Assembly (NCBI GenBank): GCA_964573245.1
Contig: CAZNJA010000048.1
Coordinates: forward strand, 1 to 10,389
Reading direction: 5' to 3'
Length of the DNA stretch: 10,389 nucleotides
DNA from: an uncultured bacterium
GTDB taxonomy: Bacteria; CAIJMQ01
Within the stretch, counting starts at the first letter, position 1. Each line of letters begins with the position of its first letter. The position numbers and the translations under genes are program-made. Below, in pieces: positions 1-7,543 of this stretch. Below the pieces are notes generated by a model. That model was not told the DNA's origin, did not search any database, and worked only from the letters and a program-made list of their open reading frames with translations.

Positions 1-103
1 GTATGGCGCCGCGCCAGGTAAAAGTTAAAACCTGTCCGACTTTTTCCTCCAAACTCATCTGTGCTACTTTTTTGCTTACGAATTCATCTCGTTGGTTCGA
101 CAT
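1..103 (-). CDS. Glycoside hydrolase family 3 protein (beta-N-acetylhexosaminidase/beta-glucosidase-like), N-terminal fragment running off the window
   Basis: Not in the ORF track. Manual translation from ATG at 103 gives MSNQRDEFVSKKVAQMSLEEKVGQVLTFTWRGAI; MSLEEKVGQ is the typical GH3 N-terminal motif (M[T/S]LEEK[I/V]GQ). SD AAGGGAG at 114-120; lies downstream of a sugar kinase. Confidence 0.8.
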   Translation of the reverse strand, partial: MSNQRDEFVSKKVAQMSLEEKVGQVLTFTWRGAI

Positions 104-149
104 TTTTTTATATCTCCCTTTTTTTAATTTAGTTTAAGATTCCCACTTG

Positions 150-272
150 CCCCGTTAGAAATAGTCCCGATGTTACATCGGGACGTAAATCTAATTTAGT
201 GTTAGGCAAGGTATTTTCTTGTTTCCAAAGCGTGATATAAATCATAACTTTTCTTTTTAATTTCTAACGGGG
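150..272. mobile_element. 123-bp MITE-like non-autonomous element
   Basis: Perfect 13-bp terminal inverted repeats CCCCGTTAGAAAT (150-162) / ATTTCTAACGGGG (260-272), with TTG on both flanks (147-149, 273-275). Contains the internal palindrome GTCCCGATGT-T-ACATCGGGAC (164-184). Confidence 0.7.
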
Positions 273-1478
273 TTGACCGCGATTGTCCGGACCCGCCCAG
301 AACTGTCCTTCTTTTTTCCAGCCAGGTTCTTCAATTTGCAAATCCTTTGTTTGCCAACCCGCTTCGATTCGTTTTGTTAAATCCTCGAATCCTTTATTCC
401 ATGTCAGACCGTCGGGAACGGTAACATTCATGCTTCCCGCGGCATTTGCATACCTTAAGCAGGATTCAATCGTGTGTTCGCGCACGAATGCAGAAAGGAA
501 TCCGGCTATTGCCGAATCGCCCGAACCGAGCGCTCCGACGAATTTTTCTTCCCTGTAAACAGGGAACCATAATTCGCGGTTTGCCCAATTTTCGATATCT
601 TTGCATCCTGCCGCGCCTAATTGTTTAAGCCTGTCTTCGCCTGCAGTGCGAATATACAATCCACGATGCCCGCATTTGACCATTGCCATCGCTGTGCCCA
701 TATTTATCAAATCTTTGCCGAGAGCGGAAATGTCCTTGACTGTCATATGGTCAAGCACACTTTCTTTTGGACCGAGTTGCGCCTTCTTTTCGAGGAATTT
801 CTCTTTATAAAGGAAATAAAATATCTCTTCCGCACTTGGCACCATAACGTCTGAAAGCGGCACCCAGTCGGTAAGAATTGCTTTCCAGTCAACTTGTCCG
901 GCCGGACTGTTTACATCGGGAAGTGAAAGGTCTAAAGCAGTTGTTGTCCCTAATTCTTTTGTCTTTTTGAGAATTTTGGTAAGCTCGGCTCCTGTATTAT
1001 CATAAATTTTCTTCATCCATGGCGGATAGCCGAAAAGCATTAATTTTGAACGTTTGACAAGGTCAAAATCCATGTCATCATAACCGAATGTATTATTTGC
1101 TCCGCAGTGATGCAGATAAAAGCGGTCTATCCCGGGAATACATATCGCAATAGTGTACGAAGTTGATTCGCCTTCAACCATTTTAATCCCTTTAAAATGT
1201 CCTTCGTACTCCTCATACCACGCAAGAATTTGTTTGCCGAAATCGTCATCGCCTACTTTGCCTATCAATTCTGTTTTTACTCCGAGCCTGCGGATAGATA
1301 CGCCGGCATTTGTAACAGGCCCGCCTCCGACAACAACACATTCACCCATGTTAATCATTTTGCCCGGCACGAGGACGTCAGTCATTTTGTCGACTTTGCC
1401 TTCGATTGTGAAGGCGGGTATCAAGTCTAAACAAGTATGTCCGGCGGCTACTATATCAAGGTCTTTTTTATCTTCCAT
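264..1478 (-). CDS. PfkB/ribokinase-family carbohydrate kinase
   Basis: GGPVTNAG..RRLG..LIGKVGDDDFG (N-terminal PfkB signature), PSAEE, VKCGHRG and GALGSGDSAIAGF (anion-hole motif), YANAAG. SD AAGGAG upstream. Confidence 0.93.
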   Translation of the reverse strand: MEDKKDLDIVAAGHTCLDLIPAFTIEGKVDKMTDVLVPGKMINMGECVVVGGGPVTNAGVSIRRLGVKTELIGKVGDDDFGKQILAWYEEYEGHFKGIKMVEGESTSYTIAICIPGIDRFYLHHCGANNTFGYDDMDFDLVKRSKLMLFGYPPWMKKIYDNTGAELTKILKKTKELGTTTALDLSLPDVNSPAGQVDWKAILTDWVPLSDVMVPSAEEIFYFLYKEKFLEKKAQLGPKESVLDHMTVKDISALGKDLINMGTAMAMVKCGHRGLYIRTAGEDRLKQLGAAGCKDIENWANRELWFPVYREEKFVGALGSGDSAIAGFLSAFVREHTIESCLRYANAAGSMNVTVPDGLTWNKGFEDLTKRIEAGWQTKDLQIEEPGWKKEGQFWAGPDNRGQPR

Positions 1479-1526
1479 TTCAAACTCCTTTTCTATTATA
1501 TAATTTGGCGTAAAGTTGGAGTCGGC

Positions 1527-1556
1527 ATTATATTATCTTTGATAATTTGGTGTCAA
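1527..1556 (-). promoter_or_regulatory. Sigma70-type promoter of the pfkB-GH3 operon with a palindromic operator candidate
   Basis: TTGACA (1556-1551), 18-nt spacer, TATAAT (1532-1527). Palindrome ATTATC-TTT-GATAAT (1532-1546) in the spacer. Confidence 0.7.
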
Positions 1557-1622
1557 GTTTTATAATATCGAAACAAAAAAACTAACGGTGCTCATTTCTC
1601 GTTTAAAAAACTAGCGGTTTTC

Positions 1623-1730
1623 TCCCCCTACATTTCTTTGAAATGTAACAGGGGGACATGGGTGTTCCCCGAGAAATGCAAAGCATTTCAGGGACTTTGG
1701 TCCTTGAAATCACCCCGTGATTTCTAAGGG
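1623..1730. repeat. Cluster of nested palindromes/hairpins
   Basis: TCCCCC-TACATTTC-TTT-GAAATGTA-ACA-GGGGGA (1623-1656); GAAATGC-AAA-GCATTTC (1673-1689); ATTTCAGGGAC-TTTG-GTCCTTGAAAT (1685-1710); GAAATCAC-CCC-GTGATTTC (1706-1724). Confidence 0.75.
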
Positions 1731-1773
1731 CGCGAAAACCTAAAACCGTTTTTAGTCTTTACGAAAACCGTGT

Positions 1774-2508
1774 CTATTCCCCGCTTTCCAATCTTTCCGC
1801 AAGTCTTTCCGGCAGTCCCGCTTCGATAATTTTCTCCTGCGCTTTTTTGATGTCGTATTCCACCCTTTTTATCTCTACTGTTTGTGTTTCCTTGTCATAT
1901 ATACAGTAGCATGCTCTTGGGTCGCCGTCTCGCGGCTGTCCAACGCTTCCCACATTTATAAAATATTTGTATTCGTCTTCTATTTGTATTGTCGTTTCTT
2001 TTGTAAATTTTACCGGCCCCTTGATTTCTGCCGGTTCCAAGAAAGCAATCGGCACGTGAGAATGCCCCGCAAATGAAATAGGCGTTTTCTGAACCTCCAT
2101 GCTTTTATGCGCTTGGAATGTGGAGCGGATATATTCCCATTTTTCGGAATTTGATAGTGTAGAATGCACCATGGTTATATCGTTTATTGTTTGGACCAAA
2201 GGAAGTTTTTTCAAAAATTTCTTGTCTTCTTCTGATAACTGCTGCATTGTCCATTGGATGGCTTGTTCGGCGTAAGGATTAAAATTTTCTATTGACGAGA
2301 GCTCAACCGCACCCCAATCGTGATTTCCGGCAACAGATATGCATTTTAATTTTTTCAATTCGGCGATACATTCGCAGGGATTGGCTCCGTAACCTACTAT
2401 ATCTCCCGCAAATAAATATTTATCTATCTTTTCTTCTTTAATTGCTTGTATCACTTTTTGGAACGCTTCCAAATTACTGTGAACATCGGATATTATTGCG
2501 TACTTCAT
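1774..2508 (-). CDS. Calcineurin-like metallophosphoesterase (YfcE/MJ0936-like family)
   Basis: All metal-binding motifs are present: SDVHSN, GDIVGYG, GNHD, MVH, GHSH, plus INVGSVGQPRDGDPRA. Confidence 0.93.
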   Translation of the reverse strand: MKYAIISDVHSNLEAFQKVIQAIKEEKIDKYLFAGDIVGYGANPCECIAELKKLKCISVAGNHDWGAVELSSIENFNPYAEQAIQWTMQQLSEEDKKFLKKLPLVQTINDITMVHSTLSNSEKWEYIRSTFQAHKSMEVQKTPISFAGHSHVPIAFLEPAEIKGPVKFTKETTIQIEDEYKYFINVGSVGQPRDGDPRACYCIYDKETQTVEIKRVEYDIKKAQEKIIEAGLPERLAERLESGE

Positions 2509-2532
2509 GATTTTATCTTTTACGGCAAATAC

Positions 2533-2575
2533 CAGTGCGCTACTCTGAAAGAGATAATTCCAGAGTAGCGCATTG
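2533..2575. other. Strong stem-loop (possible terminator or REP-like hairpin)
   Basis: TGCGCTACTCTG (2536-2547) / CAGAGTAGCGCA (2561-2572), a perfect 12-bp stem extendable to 15 bp with one mismatch. No clear U-tract. Confidence 0.55.
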
Positions 2576-2596
2576 ATATCAATTATTTCTTTTACA

Positions 2597-2649
2597 AGTA
2601 TCCAGAATCCCCGCCTGCTTGCAAAGCGGGCAGGCAGTATCTAGTATCT
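2597..2649. repeat. AGTATC(T/C) heptamer tract interrupted by a 25-bp palindromic element (2610-2634, minus orientation)
   Basis: AGTATCC AGAATC[CCCGCCTGCTTGCAAAGCGGGCAGG]C AGTATCT AGTATCT. Confidence 0.75.
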
Positions 2650-2655
2650 ATCTTT

Positions 2656-2796
2656 TTATTTGCCTAATATCTTAAACATGCTTGTTCCGCAGTCGGGACA
2701 TTTGCCTTTAGCCGCTTTCCTGCCGTTTTTCATGGTCACTTCTTGGGTGTCCTTCATTTCCTTCTTCGCTTTGCATTTAACGCAATAGCCTTCCAT
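2656..2796 (-). CDS. 46-aa basic four-cysteine (zinc-ribbon-like) protein, DUF5679-like
   Basis: Not in the ORF track. MEGYCVKCKAKKEMKDTQEVTMKNGRKAAKGKCPDCGTSMFKILGK; the YCVKC...KNGR..KGKCPxCG pattern fits DUF5679. Perfect SD AGGAGG (2801-2806). Confidence 0.88.
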   Translation of the reverse strand: MEGYCVKCKAKKEMKDTQEVTMKNGRKAAKGKCPDCGTSMFKILGK

Positions 2797-2880
2797 AATT
2801 CCTCCTTTTTTATAATCCCGAACGATTTCAAGTCCGAGACAGTTTTAATTTTTATCGTTTTTTATTCGTGCAACAAGTAA

Positions 2881-2909
2881 ATGATATACCTTTATTCAAT
2901 CTTATGCAA
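2881..2909 (-). promoter_or_regulatory. Sigma70-type promoter for the DUF5679-like gene
   Basis: TTGCAT (2909-2904), 17-nt spacer, TATCAT (2886-2881). Confidence 0.5.
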
Positions 2910-3061
2910 TACTTTTCTGCCTGTTTCATTCCCGTCCTTCTTTACCGGGCGAGTATCCGATATTGAAAATTGGGCCGTATTATGCGGTAAAGCCCTTGAC
3001 ATCAGGCTTATAATCAGTTGGTGTTAGGTAAAGAAAGGGAAACCCGGGAATCAGTAAGGAG

Positions 3062-3295
3062 ATGAGTGGAATGATTATCAAAGTAATAGGCCGAAAAGAG
3101 GACTTGGATAAAAAGGTGAATACTCATTACCTGCTTAGCAACGGCAATATCTATACAAGGGAAGAAACTATAGATATGTGGCGACGCCGTTTACTGCCGG
3201 GTTACCATGTGCGTAACAGAAACGGGGTAGAAGAGTTGTGCAACACTCCCCATACCAAAGAAAGCGATAATATAGACAATCAACCGCTGATATAA
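3062..3295 (+). CDS. Small DUF3892-like protein (true start probably ATG 3071)
   Basis: Y.LSNG..YTREE.I...YHV..RNG...L...P.....DNIDN.P resembles the DUF3892 pattern. SD AAGGAG (3056-3061) abuts ATG 3062 but is 9 nt from ATG 3071. Confidence 0.65.
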   Translation: MSGMIIKVIGRKEDLDKKVNTHYLLSNGNIYTREETIDMWRRRLLPGYHVRNRNGVEELCNTPHTKESDNIDNQPLI

Positions 3296-3304
3296 TTCCT
3301 CAGC

Positions 3305-3333
3305 CCTGTATCCTGTGTGGTACAGGTTTCTCT
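3305..3333 (+). terminator. Probable intrinsic terminator between convergent genes
   Basis: CCTGTATC-CTGTGT-GGTACAGG followed by TTTCTCT, about 10 nt after the stop. A second G-U-rich hairpin lies at about 3337-3369. Confidence 0.45.
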
Positions 3334-3378
3334 CCTTCCCTCTTGATTTCGACTCAAAATCAGGGGGGATTTACGTAT

Positions 3379-3861
3379 TTAAAACTGCAATTGCCAGATG
3401 GAATAATTCAGATAAGCCGCAAAACTCACCCAAAGAATATACGGCGCCAAAAGCCATGCGGCAGGTTTGGAGATTTTGGAGAATGTAATTATAGTCGCAA
3501 GAATTGCCAGCCAAAGAAATATAATCTCAATGAACGCTCCGAATGGACTGTGCAATCCGAAAAAGATAATCGACCAAAATGTATTCAGCATTAACTGAAC
3601 TGCAAAAACACCCAGCGCTATTTTTACATCTCTGCGCTTAAGCCCGTTAGTCCAGATTAGAAATGCCGCAATGCCCATCAGAATATATAATGTCGTCCAC
3701 ACAGGGGCAAAAACCCAGGACGGAGGCGTAAGTTTAGGTTTGGCAAGTAAGGCATACCATGCAGGTATTGATTGAGCAGTAAACAAAGAACCGATTATTC
3801 CCGCAAATTCGCAAATTAAGATTGAAATAAAAAATTTTAAGAAACTGATTTTTTTGACCAT
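3379..3861 (-). CDS. tspO: TspO/MBR tryptophan-rich sensory membrane protein
   Basis: WY..L.KP..TPPSWVFAPVWTTLY..MG, QL.LN..WS.IFFG, AAWLL.PY..WVSFA..LN; five hydrophobic helices. Confidence 0.95.
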   Translation of the reverse strand: MVKKISFLKFFISILICEFAGIIGSLFTAQSIPAWYALLAKPKLTPPSWVFAPVWTTLYILMGIAAFLIWTNGLKRRDVKIALGVFAVQLMLNTFWSIIFFGLHSPFGAFIEIIFLWLAILATIITFSKISKPAAWLLAPYILWVSFAAYLNYSIWQLQF

Positions 3862-3865
3862 TTAG

Positions 3866-5038
3866 TCAGTTGTCTTCCTTTTCCTCTTTTTCTGAATCCT
3901 TAAACTCTTCTTTTTCTTTCAAAAGGTCTGTTATCTTGTCCGAATAAATAGCAAAACTATAATCCTTGAACAGATAACCTGAAGTAACAATACCTATCAA
4001 CTCACCATACTCATTAATCAAAGGCCCTCCGCTATTACCGAAAAAGATAGTAGCATCCGTCTGAATATACTCATCACGCAAAGCAGAAATAATCCCCTCC
4101 GTAAACGTGTTAGTCATTCCGATGGGAGTCCCCAAACTATAAACCCTATCACCCACACTTTGATATTTTTTAGGCGAAATAGTAATTATCTCCACATACT
4201 CCTGCGGCATCTTTGCCCTTAATAAAGCCAAATCCCTTTCCCTGGAATAAAAGTCTAAACGCGCATCAAACCTTGCGCCGGTATAAAGTTTAATTTCGTA
4301 ATATTGCGGTTCTTTAATTTTGGATTTTCTGCTTTCAACAACATGCTTGTTCGTCAGAATATAATAATCGTTTTCACCTTTTCCTATAATAGAACCCGTC
4401 CCCTGAGAAACCTTCTTATCACCCTCCTTAACATAAACCGTAACAACGCATTTGCGCATACTTGCATAAATTTCACCTGCGGAAAGTTTTTCCCTTCCCG
4501 GCATATCCCATTCTGATAACACATTAATACTTATAGATTCTTTTTTTGTATTTTCTCTTAAAAACTGTTTAAAATCCTTCTTGTGAAACGAACGGGGGAA
4601 AAACAGTAGACCTATCCCAATAATCACAGCTATTACTACGAACCTCTTTACATTCCTTTTTATTTTCACCCCTTTATAAATCCGCGCTTCGCTTATTTTG
4701 CTGCGGTAATACTTATTATCTATGCCGCAAACCTTTTTCAAATCCTTCAAAAACCTAAGGTCGGGACAGTCCAAAAGTTTATCGCTTGTAATTATCCCGA
4801 AGCACTCTTCAAAGATAAACTGTTTATCGTCCTTTGATAAATCCCCAATCTCGGATTCCAATACCTTCAGATTTATATCCTGAGTCTGGATTTTCCTTAA
4901 TATATTCTTTCCTTTTTCATCTTCAGCCAACCTCTCTATCAAATTGCCGACATAATCCCTCTCCTGCTTTACCATCTTCTCATTCGCCCATAAAGCAGCA
5001 GCACAAACCTTAAAAATCAATATCTTCTTCTTATCCAT
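3866..5038 (-). CDS. Membrane-anchored trypsin-like (HtrA/S1C-type, no PDZ) serine protease with an N-terminal TerB-like domain
   Basis: Catalytic triad motifs TNKHVV, RDLALL, IQTDA.I..GNSGGPL; single TM segment FVVIAVIIGIGLLFF; helical N-terminus with a duplicated A..A[N/D].....E pattern reminiscent of TerB (less certain). Confidence 0.85.
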   Translation of the reverse strand: MDKKKILIFKVCAAALWANEKMVKQERDYVGNLIERLAEDEKGKNILRKIQTQDINLKVLESEIGDLSKDDKQFIFEECFGIITSDKLLDCPDLRFLKDLKKVCGIDNKYYRSKISEARIYKGVKIKRNVKRFVVIAVIIGIGLLFFPRSFHKKDFKQFLRENTKKESISINVLSEWDMPGREKLSAGEIYASMRKCVVTVYVKEGDKKVSQGTGSIIGKGENDYYILTNKHVVESRKSKIKEPQYYEIKLYTGARFDARLDFYSRERDLALLRAKMPQEYVEIITISPKKYQSVGDRVYSLGTPIGMTNTFTEGIISALRDEYIQTDATIFFGNSGGPLINEYGELIGIVTSGYLFKDYSFAIYSDKITDLLKEKEEFKDSEKEEKEDN

Positions 5039-5073
5039 TTTTATTTATTCTAATTATCTCTTATTATTTCACA

Positions 5074-5369
5074 GGTATCCAGCATCTAGCCTGCCCGCCA
5101 ATCCTTAGTGGCGGGTATCTAGAATCGAGAATTCAGCAACTATCAACTAGCATTTTTCATTTATTATTTATCACTTGCCAAATGTTAATTGTTAATTGCT
5201 AACTGCCAAATGTTAATTGCTAATTTTAATATTTCGTTTCTTATTTCTTGGTCCCCAGTCTGTAGTCTGTAATTTATAGCTTATCGTTTATTACTTGCTC
5301 ATTGCTAATTGTTAATTGTTCGTCGTCCATTGTTACTTGCTAACTGTTGGTTGTTACTTGCTAATTGTT
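5074..5369. repeat. Mosaic of degenerate 7-bp tandem repeat tracts containing a 26-bp palindromic element (5090-5115)
   Basis: AG(T/C/A)ATCT-type units at 5074-5155; AATTG(T/C)T-type units at 5173-5228 (8 units) and 5293-5369 (11 units); TAGTCTG-type units at 5256-5290. Confidence 0.85.
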
Positions 5370-5375
5370 AGGTTC

Positions 5376-6428
5376 TCACCATTTCCACCCTGCACCCACA
5401 TATATAGCGGCTTCCTTTTTATCCTTTAAGAGCTTGATGAAAGCTTCGCCATCGCCTGCGAGTAGTTTTCTTGATAATTTAAGCTCCATGCCTAAATCTT
5501 TCCCCTCCTCATTCTTAATACTGAATTTGACCTCATCTCTCTTGGTCAACTTGGCATCAGCCCCAAACTTAATAGCTTTGGGTTTACCTCGCCAATCTGT
5601 GGTGGCGGGCCTGCCCGCCGAATCTTTTGTGGCGGGGTACTTAATTTCAAACAACAGTCCAACCCTCCGCTTTATCTTCCATTTGCCATAAAGGAACAGG
5701 GTCCGATTAACCGGCTTCCTTCTGTTAGAACCCCCTATGCCTATTTCGTATTTTATATAATCCTCATGCAGAAAACCCAAGCCGGTCCGGAAGTCAAAAC
5801 CGGATTTTCCGTCCGGGCTTAGTTCATAGGACAGCCTGTTCCGCTTAGTGATATCAAAAACACCTTTGAAAACGAGAGTTTCTTTCAGTGTCTTTTTTCG
5901 TATCAGTTGGGCCTTTTCATATTTATAAACGAGCCGGTGCTTCTTATCGAGCTCCCAGATGCCGTCAAGGGTCAGGGTGTCATGCCTGCCTTTTCCTTTC
6001 TTTACTTTAAAGGTAAGGCGGTTATGCTCATCCGCCTGCCACCTTCCCTCCAGTTTCAGAATATTTTTTATATCAAGGTTCTTTTCCGACCTTGTCGTGA
6101 CTGCAAAAGAGAGGGAACTGGAAGAAACGGATACTATCTGCCCCTGCAGGGTAACTTCGTCCCCTAATGTCTGCCTTCGCCAGTTATCCAGCGTCAGCAC
6201 CAAATCATGTTCTTTATTTAAAGACCATTTACCCCTTAACTTTACCTGATGCGGCGCCTTGAGATTATCCCCCATAGGGGCTTTGATATGATAAATCAGA
6301 GTATTGTTCGGCCCGGTTTTGAACTTTCCGTCAAACACCCTGCGGAAATAGGTCAGAGGAAGTTTTCTACCGGTTTCCCGAACAACCAACCTGTTATTAG
6401 GATCAACCTCGTATCGTAACTTTTGCAT
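5376..6428 (-). CDS. Hypothetical, highly basic all-beta repeat protein
   Basis: 350-aa ORF with about 9-10 repeats of roughly 30 aa, consensus L.L.G.W.(L/I)...(H/N).L.(Y/F).(I/L/V). Ends YVGAGWKW; no signal peptide evident. Confidence 0.8.
   Translation of the reverse strand: MQKLRYEVDPNNRLVVRETGRKLPLTYFRRVFDGKFKTGPNNTLIYHIKAPMGDNLKAPHQVKLRGKWSLNKEHDLVLTLDNWRRQTLGDEVTLQGQIVSVSSSSLSFAVTTRSEKNLDIKNILKLEGRWQADEHNRLTFKVKKGKGRHDTLTLDGIWELDKKHRLVYKYEKAQLIRKKTLKETLVFKGVFDITKRNRLSYELSPDGKSGFDFRTGLGFLHEDYIKYEIGIGGSNRRKPVNRTLFLYGKWKIKRRVGLLFEIKYPATKDSAGRPATTDWRGKPKAIKFGADAKLTKRDEVKFSIKNEEGKDLGMELKLSRKLLAGDGEAFIKLLKDKKEAAIYVGAGWKW
5587..5636 (+). repeat. Two tandem palindromic elements inside the CDS
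   Basis: CCTCGCCAATCTGTGGTGGCGGG (5587-5609, degenerate) and CCTGCCCGCCGAATCTTTTGTGGCGGG (5610-5636, 27 bp, exactly 9 codons). Confidence 0.8.
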
Positions 6429-6462
6429 AGTATCTAGTACATAGTACTTAGTATGTAGTATT
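6428..6462. repeat. TAGTA(T/C)N heptamer tract, five units, abutting the start codon
   Basis: TAGTATC TAGTACA TAGTACT TAGTATG TAGTATT. Confidence 0.85.
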
Positions 6463-6491
6463 TTGTCTAAGGTTTAGTGTCCAGCCAGATA

Positions 6492-6932
6492 TCATTTCAC
6501 AAGTATCTCTTTTGCTTTTTCTAAAAATGCTTCAGCGCTTTTGATTAACTCTTCAGCTCCGGTTTCGGAAAACTCCCCATGATAATCTGCATCTTCACGC
6601 AAAATCATTGCGTCATGCATTTTTCTTACCATTGCTTGCTCCAAAACACCTTCTTCCACAAACAAAGCCTTCAGGGCAACCAACAAAAAATAATGACTCT
6701 TTTCTCTGAAACACTTAGAGTAAACAAGCGCCCTTGCAGCGTGGAATATAGAATAATATGCCATTATAGTCGCATATTTATACTTCTCATTTTCAAATCT
6801 ATCCTGGGCTTCTTTCAGGTCATCCCCGGATTCTTTCAGCTCTTTTGTAACAAGATGCTTACCCTTTGGGAAAGGTAAAATCCTGCGTTTTGCAATCGCT
6901 TCTTTAAATTCTATATTCTCTATTTTTCCCAT
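6492..6932 (-). CDS. HEPN domain protein (UPF0332-like), putative toxin partner
   Basis: A...AYYSIFHAARAL, KSH and REDADY (Rx4Y variant of the HEPN motif); overlaps the upstream MNT gene by 13 nt. Confidence 0.9.
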   Translation of the reverse strand: MGKIENIEFKEAIAKRRILPFPKGKHLVTKELKESGDDLKEAQDRFENEKYKYATIMAYYSIFHAARALVYSKCFREKSHYFLLVALKALFVEEGVLEQAMVRKMHDAMILREDADYHGEFSETGAEELIKSAEAFLEKAKEILVK

Positions 6933-7459
6933 AACATGATCCCATTTAAAATTTCACTATAAAAAACCTTGTTATTCTTGCGCAACACAGCAAACTCATT
7001 TGGCGTATTCACAATGCATTTAACTTTCTCCCCAGATTTACTGTCAAAAATTATTTTTTGGACCTCTTTAGGTTCTCTTGTAAGAACAAAAATATCAAAA
7101 TCGCTACCAGCCGTATTTTCCCCTTTACTTGCGCTGCCATATAAAACCATTTGAAGAGATAAAGGGACCAACTTATCTATTAACGGTTTCAGAAATACTA
7201 TATTTTGGACAACTTTGAATTCTTTTATAAGAGCATTTTTGCGTTCTAAGCGATAAAAAGACATTCTGCCTCTATTTTCCCTCTGTACCAATCCCGCCTT
7301 TTCCAATTCTCTCAAAGCAAAGTTTGCCCCTGCCCTGCTTACACCCGCAAGTTTTGATATCTGACGGTCATAGAATTCCTCTCCTATATGCTCCATTAGA
7401 AAATAGAACACCTTCTGGTTATTTGTAGCATATAGAATTTTTTCTATTGAATTAGTCAT
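6920..7459 (-). CDS. Winged-HTH plus minimal nucleotidyltransferase (MNT) fusion, putative antitoxin/autoregulator
   Basis: N-terminal wHTH (RQISKLAGVSRAGANFALRELEKAGLV) and MNT motif LYGSASKG....SDFDIFVL (GSx10DxD). Confidence 0.9.
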   Translation of the reverse strand: MTNSIEKILYATNNQKVFYFLMEHIGEEFYDRQISKLAGVSRAGANFALRELEKAGLVQRENRGRMSFYRLERKNALIKEFKVVQNIVFLKPLIDKLVPLSLQMVLYGSASKGENTAGSDFDIFVLTREPKEVQKIIFDSKSGEKVKCIVNTPNEFAVLRKNNKVFYSEILNGIMLWEK

Positions 7460-7470
7460 AGCGCACCTCG

Positions 7471-7522
7471 TCTAATATATTAGATTTATGTCTATTATAT
7501 TAGATTAAGTTAGAAATGTCAA
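7471..7522 (-). promoter_or_regulatory. Consensus sigma70 promoter overlapped by a tandem palindromic operator
   Basis: TTGACA (7522-7517), 17-nt spacer, TATAAT (7499-7494). Palindromes TCTAATATATTAGA (7471-7484, perfect) and TCTATTATATTAGA (7491-7504), 20 bp apart. Confidence 0.85.
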
Positions 7523-7543
7523 CCTCCTTAGACCTTGCCCTGT

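Noticed and set aside
2940-2992. Inverted repeat CTTTACCG/CGGTAAAG as a riboswitch or ncRNA
   Set aside because: Only an 8-bp stem, with no recognisable riboswitch core.
2996-3014. Perfect TTGACA and TATAAT upstream of the DUF3892-like gene
   Set aside because: They are only 7 nt apart, incompatible with one sigma70 promoter.
3866-5038. Gene symbol degP/htrA
   Set aside because: No PDZ domain and an atypical N-terminus, so orthology is not supported.
5074-5369. Possible CRISPR array or repeat-encoded peptide
   Set aside because: Units are contiguous 7-mers with no unique spacers, no cas genes are present, and there is no credible ORF.
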